This document shows, piece by piece, positions 14,797 to 20,537 of a DNA stretch of 60,107 nt. Location: positions 1 through 60,107 of IMG/VR virus record IMGVR_UViG_2974779775_000001; one strand, given 5' to 3'. Below the pieces are notes generated by a model. The model was given only the letters and a program-made list of their open reading frames with translations. It was not told where the DNA came from and ran no database searches. The position numbers were made by a program, and so were the translations under genes. Positions within the stretch are counted from its first letter, which is position 1, and every line of letters begins with the position of its first letter. Origin of the DNA: Samistivirus egole (Duplodnaviria > Heunggongvirae > Uroviricota > Caudoviricetes).

Positions 14797-14924
14797 GTAG
14801 CTACAATAGCATAAAATTCATTATTGTGCCACCAACTCAGTGCCAGCGCGACAATGAGAACAACTCCGAATGATATTGAACCCCGCCAGTCAAGAATACG
14901 CTTGACGTTTGGCGTTTTCATCAT
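14793..14924 (-). CDS. 43-aa peptide resembling the N-terminus of the DUF2637-like protein (remnant 5' end)
   Basis: MMKTPNVKRILDWRGSISFGVVLIVALALSWW; AAGGAG RBS; TGA overlaps the HNH ATG. Confidence 0.6.
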   Translation of the reverse strand: MMKTPNVKRILDWRGSISFGVVLIVALALSWWHNNEFYAIVAT

Positions 14925-14942
14925 TCTCCTTTAGACAAAAGT

Positions 14943-14969
14943 GCAGGCGGCCCGGATTGGACCGCCTGC
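14943..14969 (-). terminator. Intrinsic terminator after dps
   Basis: GCAGGCGG...CCGCCTGC followed by ACTTTTG on the minus strand. Confidence 0.7.
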
Positions 14970-14976
14970 TATGAAA

Positions 14977-15378
14977 TTATTTTCCTGACTCACTGAACAT
15001 CCAGAGCCACTTATCGATACCTCGCTTAACCTCAATGAGGACATCCTGTGTTGCAAGGTCATCGGTAATGTTCAGTATACCATTCTGTAGAACGTGGGTC
15101 AATCCTCTTAGAGAACTCACCATGTTATCCACAACCTGCTGGTAACTTACTGATTCACCGGACATTTCGTATGCAACCTTTGGAGCAAGATACCAACCGT
15201 TTGCTCGTGCACGTTCAGCGATAGCGTCAGCATATTCGGTTATATCGGAGTGAAGCTCATCCAGCTTCTCATGTAGGTAAAAGAACTCCTTACCCCTGAG
15301 ATTCCAATGACTCTCCTTGACGACCAAGGAGAGAATCAAAAGCCATTCGAGAGCTTCCTCCATCTTTGCTTCTAGCAC
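14977..15378 (-). CDS. dps: Dps/ferritin-like protein
   Basis: HWNLRG.EF..LHEKLDE......D.IAER and D..TQD......DKWLWM ferroxidase pattern. Confidence 0.8.
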   Translation of the reverse strand: MLEAKMEEALEWLLILSLVVKESHWNLRGKEFFYLHEKLDELHSDITEYADAIAERARANGWYLAPKVAYEMSGESVSYQQVVDNMVSSLRGLTHVLQNGILNITDDLATQDVLIEVKRGIDKWLWMFSESGK

Positions 15379-15589
15379 TCTCCACCTCCTTAATCGCCGT
15401 TTTTACGTTGTGATGCATCTCTAGACCAGGAAGTATGTAAGTATCACATACCATGCACCATAGTCTGAGGTCGGTAGATGCACCAGGCTTTAGTCTGACT
15501 ATCAAATTGTTATGACAATCGGGACACTCTAGTGCCGGGGCCAAATTCTCTTTGACTAGTCGATTGTATTTATGAAAGTCCTGCCACAT
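15290..15589 (-). CDS. Zinc-ribbon protein
   Basis: CPDC...CMVC; its 3' end overlaps the dps start. Confidence 0.65.
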   Translation of the reverse strand: MWQDFHKYNRLVKENLAPALECPDCHNNLIVRLKPGASTDLRLWCMVCDTYILPGLEMHHNVKTAIKEVESARSKDGGSSRMAFDSLLGRQGESLESQG

Positions 15590-15601
15590 GCAATCAGTGT
15601 A

Positions 15602-15805
15602 TCACGCATCTCTCAAAGTGCGTAGTACGTTCTCTACGTCATGTGTAGCAGTCTCAATTGCATTACGAAGATTACTCACTTCGTTCTCATAAGCATTGTC
15701 AGCCTCAACGGCATCCTGCTTGATTTCACTGATAAGGGCAGTAACAAGATTTCTGTTCAAGCCAGCCGAATCGGTCAATAGAAGCAGCTCAATTTCCGCT
15801 CTCAT
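15602..15805 (-). CDS. Hypothetical protein
   Basis: 67 aa, coupled to the upstream gene. Confidence 0.7.
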   Translation of the reverse strand: MRAEIELLLLTDSAGLNRNLVTALISEIKQDAVEADNAYENEVSNLRNAIETATHDVENVLRTLRDA

Positions 15806-15966
15806 TTAACACCATCCACATGTGAATGTGACCTACAAACAATCACTGACTTCCCGAAATAGGTAACAGTGACGGCTGGCTTGTTCGGACAGTTCTTCAT
15901 GTAACACTTGCCCTTTGAATTGCGAGTGTTCTCGCCTTTCTTGTCTCTTCCAAGACTGTCAGGCAT
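15802..15966 (-). CDS. Small Cys/His protein
   Basis: C....C...........C..H; start MPDSL overlaps the cytidylyltransferase stop. Confidence 0.6.
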   Translation of the reverse strand: MPDSLGRDKKGENTRNSKGKCYMKNCPNKPAVTVTYFGKSVIVCRSHSHVDGVK

Positions 15967-16420
15967 CGCGTAGCTTCTCCTTGATTCTTGTGGTTGACAT
16001 TCCAGTACGTCTATCAATGTAAATGAGAATTAGGTCGTTCTCATCCAGCCATTCCTTGGTGAATTGCATCTGGCCATAATAATCTCTACCGGCCCAATCT
16101 GAACCAATGGCGACTACTTCAATCAGACCATCCATACCTGAATCATGCATAACTTTACAGGCATTGACAATGGATTTCTTTGAATCCTCTTCACCAATAT
16201 TAGGAACAACAAGGTCCACGTATCGACATGATTCCAGAACTAGCTTACGCTCTCTGAATGTCTGTACTGGTGGATTGTTCTTGAACCTGGCAATGAATTC
16301 GTCTGTATTCAGACTTACTACTACCTTACCATCTCCAGCAAGCCTCTTGCAAGAGCGGAGAAGTTCTACGTGTCCTTCGTGAAACAAATCAAATGTTCCA
16401 CCTGTGTAAATGTTAGGCAC
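15959..16420 (-). CDS. Cytidylyltransferase (TagD/RfaE-like)
   Basis: YTGGTFDLFHEGH (HXGH), RERKLVLESCRYVDLV, GSDW, RRTGMSTT. Confidence 0.88.
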   Translation of the reverse strand: MPNIYTGGTFDLFHEGHVELLRSCKRLAGDGKVVVSLNTDEFIARFKNNPPVQTFRERKLVLESCRYVDLVVPNIGEEDSKKSIVNACKVMHDSGMDGLIEVVAIGSDWAGRDYYGQMQFTKEWLDENDLILIYIDRRTGMSTTRIKEKLRDA

Positions 16421-17069
16421 GTAGATACTCCACGTCAGTGGGAAGCTGATACTTTACCCACATATTGAATGCAAGCTGGTCGTGGTCCCACATCTCACCG
16501 GAATTTGCTTCCTGATACGTCTTGTCATCAGCAGCCTTGCCAGCAAATGGATGCAGATGTTCCATGTTCACATGTTCAAGGTAGGTCAGCGTTCCCAGAC
16601 CCTCTCCCAGAGCCTTCCAGTAGTTGTCAGCAAATAGATGAATAAGGGTTGGGGCAACCATGTACCCAAGCTTTCTTACAATATCGCTGTCCATAAAGAC
16701 AGCCGTAGGAAGGCCCTGGCCCTGCCAACCATCATTTGCATAAGCCACCATATTTCGCTGGAACTGATTGGCAATCTCAACATCCCATCGATAGGTATGA
16801 GGAAGAACGTCATCTCCCATAAATCCGATGATGTCGCAATAGTCAACATACTCTTCGGCCATTGCGTTGAGCGTTCCCACCAGTCTTCGCCTTCTGCCAA
16901 TACGAAGAGGAAGTCCGCTATCGAGATATTCTTCCAGCTTTTCGTCATCTTCGTCTACACAGAATACAGCTTCTATATCTGCTGTAGTGTCAATTGCCTC
17001 ATTCAGTCGCTGGGCGTTTTCTGGACGACCTCTGGTAGGAATGAGGACAGTAATTCTTTTCTCTCTCAT
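16413..17069 (-). CDS. Glycosyltransferase family 2-like
   Basis: VLIPTRGRP, FCVDEDD, FMGDD, HLFADN. Confidence 0.8.
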   Translation of the reverse strand: MREKRITVLIPTRGRPENAQRLNEAIDTTADIEAVFCVDEDDEKLEEYLDSGLPLRIGRRRRLVGTLNAMAEEYVDYCDIIGFMGDDVLPHTYRWDVEIANQFQRNMVAYANDGWQGQGLPTAVFMDSDIVRKLGYMVAPTLIHLFADNYWKALGEGLGTLTYLEHVNMEHLHPFAGKAADDKTYQEANSGEMWDHDQLAFNMWVKYQLPTDVEYLRA

Positions 17070-17692
17070 GCGTAATCCGTCTCTTGTACAATGCTCTTTT
17101 CAAGACCTGTGATGTACACAAGGTCAGCCCACGTAGGCTTTGAGCAATATCCATTTAGCTCACCGGCCTTGGCGTACATATAAAGGGTGTCGTCGTACTG
17201 GCCAGTCAATCCATCTCTTTCGAGTAGAGCCTTTATCTTCTGGGCTCCATTCTCAGAATACATCATGGAGACACCACCATATCTCTGATAGACCTTAGTG
17301 AGACTTCTACTGACACCATCTCTGCGCTCATCGAACATCTTGTCAGAGTCTCTTGGAATAAAGAGTGAGAAGAAGTCCCAATCATCAGGCAATTCGGCTA
17401 CACGCTGTTCGAAATTGAGCTGAAAATCGTCATGTAGCAAAGCGTCATCCTCAAAGGTCACGATGGGTGCCTTTTCAATCGCATTCAGTACGCTGTACCA
17501 AATACCCAAATGGCCCAGACGTGCATCCCAATTGATTGCATATGGATGCTTTGCCTGAGCCTCACGAAGTTCGTCAATATCACGTCCGTCTACTGCCAAA
17601 ACGCGAACATGCTCCCAGCTTTCAAGCTTTGGGAGCATTTTCTGAATGTAGTGCAGACGAGAATAATCTATGCTGAATATTGTATATCTCAT
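17066..17692 (-). CDS. Glycosyltransferase family 25-like
   Basis: AVDGR, GHLG...S, VTFEDDA pattern. Start moved to MRYTIF to avoid the tRNA. Confidence 0.7.
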   Translation of the reverse strand: MRYTIFSIDYSRLHYIQKMLPKLESWEHVRVLAVDGRDIDELREAQAKHPYAINWDARLGHLGIWYSVLNAIEKAPIVTFEDDALLHDDFQLNFEQRVAELPDDWDFFSLFIPRDSDKMFDERRDGVSRSLTKVYQRYGGVSMMYSENGAQKIKALLERDGLTGQYDDTLYMYAKAGELNGYCSKPTWADLVYITGLEKSIVQETDYA

Positions 17693-17709
17693 ATCTCTAT
17701 TTCTGTGAG

Positions 17710-17780
17710 AGCCCCGCAAGAGAATCGAACTCTTAACTCTTCATTACGAAAGAAGTGCGTTACCATTACGCCAGCGGGGC
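17710..17780 (-). tRNA. tRNA-Thr(CGT)
   Basis: Cloverleaf: GCCCCGC/GCGGGGC acceptor, GCGT/ACGC D-stem, TT-CGT-AA anticodon loop, AAGAG-TTCGATT-CTCTT T-arm; CCA not encoded. Confidence 0.88.
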
Positions 17781-17790
17781 AGTGGTGAAA

Positions 17791-18264
17791 TCAGAGCTTC
17801 CACCAGGCTCGTCTACGACGACGACGGGACTTCTTTACCTTTATTACGCTTAGTATACACAAAGCGACAGCAACAGTCAACACCAAAGGACTGGCACCGA
17901 AGTAAAAGAGCACTATGGTAAATCCAAACAGCGCAATCCGTAGTTTCCATAGAGAACTAATCATGCTAGGTCTTCTAGGTGCTGGCCTTGTACTACCGGC
18001 GAATCTTGCACCCTTGCTTTGGTTGCATCTCAAGTGAGCGAGAGCCACATTACCCCAAACATGACCAGGAGAGTTCTCACGCCAACTAAGTGGAGTGATA
18101 TGGTCAAGCGACGCAGACCTTGGGTGAGGATATTTCAATCTCTTATTCACCCTTTTGTTGCAAAGATGGCATACCCATCCTGACTGCGCGTAGACCTGAG
18201 CCCTGGTAATACTGGGGTCATATGGAACACCGTACTCTATGCAACGGTCTTCATCTGTCTTCAT
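17791..18264 (-). CDS. HNH nuclease domain fused to a C-terminal transmembrane hairpin and Arg-rich tail
   Basis: CHLC...SLDHITPLS...GHVWGNVALAHLRCNQSKG, then two hydrophobic helices and RRRRRR. Confidence 0.8.
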   Translation of the reverse strand: MKTDEDRCIEYGVPYDPSITRAQVYAQSGWVCHLCNKRVNKRLKYPHPRSASLDHITPLSWRENSPGHVWGNVALAHLRCNQSKGARFAGSTRPAPRRPSMISSLWKLRIALFGFTIVLFYFGASPLVLTVAVALCILSVIKVKKSRRRRRRAWWKL

Positions 18265-18291
18265 AACAGAAGCATAGCATGATTGTCAAGC

Positions 18292-18846
18292 TCAGTACCA
18301 ATTGTTGTCTCGGAAATGAGCCCATGCATTACAAGGAGAGCCGTAGCGGTCCTCGATGTAGTCTACACCCCATTTCACCTGAGTGAAAGGGTTTGTCTTC
18401 CAATCCTTACCAGCTTTGGCCATCTTCGAGCCCGGTAGAGCTTGAGGAATTCCATAAGCACCTGATGAGGAATTTACTGCATTTTCATTCCATTTGCTCT
18501 CATGATGCCATAGATTGTTCAGACAAGAGAACTGCTTGGAACCGACCTGCTCCTTCGCAAATTCCTTTGGAGTAGGCTTTGGCGTTGGTGTACGCACAAC
18601 AAGCGAACTCAAGGAAGGTTTTGGAGTAGGTGAAGATGTCAGACTAGGCTGTGGTGCAGCCTTTGGAGCCTCACTCTTGCTTGGTGTTGCTGATGGCGAT
18701 GATGACGGACTTTGCTTTTCAGCTACCGGCTTTGGAACATCCAAAGGCAGATTGCCTGTTTCTGACAAAGCAGTTACAACTGTTGCTGTAGCTACTCCGA
18801 TACAGAGAGCAATGGCAGCTATATTGCCCCTCATATCTTGACCCAT
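18292..18846 (-). CDS. Membrane-anchored/secreted lytic transglycosylase (SLT-like)
   Basis: N-terminal signal/TM, Pro-Ser linker, CLNNLWHHESKWN...SGAYGIPQALPG...QVKWG..YI..RYG; GGAGG RBS. Confidence 0.82.
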   Translation of the reverse strand: MGQDMRGNIAAIALCIGVATATVVTALSETGNLPLDVPKPVAEKQSPSSSPSATPSKSEAPKAAPQPSLTSSPTPKPSLSSLVVRTPTPKPTPKEFAKEQVGSKQFSCLNNLWHHESKWNENAVNSSSGAYGIPQALPGSKMAKAGKDWKTNPFTQVKWGVDYIEDRYGSPCNAWAHFRDNNWY

Positions 18847-18875
18847 TGTTACCTCCAAGTTGAGTTGGTCCAATG

Positions 18876-18904
18876 AGTCTACAGATGTAACGGTTCTGTG
18901 TCAA
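18876..18904 (-). promoter_or_regulatory. Sigma70/HrdB-type promoter
   Basis: TTGACA-N17-TAGACT. Confidence 0.85.
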
Positions 18905-19071
18905 GACAGTACAGAGATGTACTTAACAATCTTCACAGAAGTTGCACCATCTGCTTCAAGCTCTGCCTTTTCAATGAGAGCTTCTGCATGAGAAATGATT
19001 TCATCTGTTTCTTTGAATTCTCCCTTAGTATTTCTATACTTTAGGAAATATCCTTTAACTTCTACAGACAT
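18901..19071 (-). CDS. Hypothetical protein (56 aa, MSVEVKGYFLKYRN...)
   Basis: Translated by hand; AT-rich; AAGGAAG upstream. Confidence 0.55.
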   Translation of the reverse strand: MSVEVKGYFLKYRNTKGEFKETDEIISHAEALIEKAELEADGATSVKIVKYISVLS

Positions 19072-19110
19072 TGTAATTATCTTCCTTGAGAGAGATTAGT
19101 AAGTATTTTC

Positions 19111-19250
19111 ATGAGGTTACGAAGTAACCTCATCTACTAACATCGTTAGATGTTAGTAGTTAATTTATATAGTCCCGCTATGAAATAGCGGGTCTTACAC
19201 ACCCCACCAGGTCGAAACTGGAAGCAGTGACCGCAGAGTGAGGTAAGACC
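19111..19250. repeat. Cluster of back-to-back inverted repeats
   Basis: ATGAGGTTAC-GAA-GTAACCTCAT (19111-33); CTACTAACATC-GTTA-GATGTTAGTAG (19134-59); CCCGCTAT-GAA-ATAGCGGG (19174-92); GGTCTTAC...GTAAGACC (19191-19250). Confidence 0.85.
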
Positions 19251-19290
19251 CTTGGAGAACCCTCAGACCGTTAGTCGGATTTTAGGCAAA

Positions 19291-19440
19291 TAAAAATGCC
19301 CCAGGAAGTTGCGACCCTTCCTGGGGCATTTAGACGTAAATGCACGATGTTGGTCGCAACAACATCCTGTTCTCCATTCAGGATAGCGCAACCAACATCG
19401 TGTGTCAAATCGAGTGTATTTGAGGCGTACCTCAACCACT
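19291..19440 (-). ncRNA. Putative ~150-nt structured sRNA or attenuator leader
   Basis: Flanked by a TTGACA/TACGAT promoter and a 15-bp terminator hairpin (19294-19331) with a U tract. Internal 12-bp stem 19343-54/19391-402 with an inner 6-bp stem. Confidence 0.55.
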
Positions 19441-19475
19441 GATATAATCGTAGCATAGCTCAAAGAGCATGTCAA
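19420..19475. promoter_or_regulatory. Overlapping divergent promoters with an inverted repeat on the rightward -35
   Basis: Plus: TTGAGG-N17-TATAAT (19420-48). Minus: TTGACA-N17-TACGAT (19475-47). TTGAG-GCGTAC-CTCAA palindrome at 19420-35. Confidence 0.75.
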
Positions 19476-19490
19476 CGACGAAGGGAAGCT

Positions 19491-20459
19491 ATGGATATCA
19501 GCTTTTCAACGATTCCGGGCAATTTGAACACGACCATTGGATATGGCGTGGCCGGATTCAACATGGTTCGCAGTCTACAGAAGCTAGGTCACAGAGTGCC
19601 CTTCGCTGACAAAAGCTGCCCCATTGAAATCTTCTTCTCCCAGCCAGATTACTGGGAATGGAGTAATCAGTTCAACTATCATATCGGTTATACTCCTTGG
19701 GAATCAACCCAACTGCCACCGGGCTGGCTTGAGAATATGAATCTTGCTGATGAGGTTTGGACGACATCAGAAATCATCAAGCGCTGGTACACAGCAGCCG
19801 GTGTGAAGAATGTCAAAGTTTACCCACATGGTATTGACCCAATCTGGACTCCGAAGAAGCGAAGCGTATATGAGAAGATGAAGTTTCTGCACATGGGAGA
19901 ACCAGCTCCTCGCAAGGGAGGACAAATGGCTGTTGACGCATTCCGTGCAGCATTTGGAGACAACCCTGATGTAGAGCTTACAGTAAAGGCTCACCGATTG
20001 AACAATGTGCGCCGGTACGAGAACGGAAGAATCATTGGTTCAATTGATGACTACAGCAATGTAAGACTTGTGACCCAAGAACTACCAGAAGACCATCTGG
20101 TCAGCTTTGTCAAGCAGCATCATGTCATGGTCTATCCAAGCTGGGGAGAGGGATTCGGTCTCATCCCATTCCAGGCCATCGCAACAGGAATGCCAACCAT
20201 TTGCACGGCTAAGTGGGCAGAATATAAGAACTATCTTGGACCACTTGGACTGGACTCAAAGCTTGCTGATTCACCTTGGCCCGGTACTCATCCAGGGAAG
20301 ATGCTTGAACCAAGCTTTGATGACCTTGTAGATAAGTACAGATATGCATACGACAACTTTGATGAACTGAGCAATGAATTCTACTTTCAGGCACCCTACT
20401 TGCACGCAGAGTACAACTGGGAAAAGCTCACCGAAGAAGCCTTCGCCCACTTGATTTAA
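19491..20459 (+). CDS. Glycosyltransferase family 4 (GT-B)
   Basis: TPWESTQLP, DEVWTTS, HG, RKG, YPSWGEGFGLIPFQAIATGMPTI. Confidence 0.88.
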   Translation: MDISFSTIPGNLNTTIGYGVAGFNMVRSLQKLGHRVPFADKSCPIEIFFSQPDYWEWSNQFNYHIGYTPWESTQLPPGWLENMNLADEVWTTSEIIKRWYTAAGVKNVKVYPHGIDPIWTPKKRSVYEKMKFLHMGEPAPRKGGQMAVDAFRAAFGDNPDVELTVKAHRLNNVRRYENGRIIGSIDDYSNVRLVTQELPEDHLVSFVKQHHVMVYPSWGEGFGLIPFQAIATGMPTICTAKWAEYKNYLGPLGLDSKLADSPWPGTHPGKMLEPSFDDLVDKYRYAYDNFDELSNEFYFQAPYLHAEYNWEKLTEEAFAHLI

Positions 20460-20537
20460 GTGGGCGTTTGCTGTAGCATAGAGGAACTACGCGATGATAG
20501 CCGTGCCTAACGAAGCACGGCCAGAAGGGATTTTACT

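Noticed and set aside
14044-14830. Group I intron housing the HNH
   Set aside because: No P7/catalytic-core motifs were recognised, the 5' junction does not end in U, and the downstream gene has its own RBS and N-terminus.
13200-17719. Longest-ORF starts at 14219 and 17719 (likewise 2795, 5999, 6354, 9019)
   Set aside because: They overlap other genes, promoters or the tRNA; downstream starts have clear RBS or -10 support.
19200-19260. Hammerhead ribozyme (GAAAC present)
   Set aside because: No CUGANGA core was found on either strand nearby.
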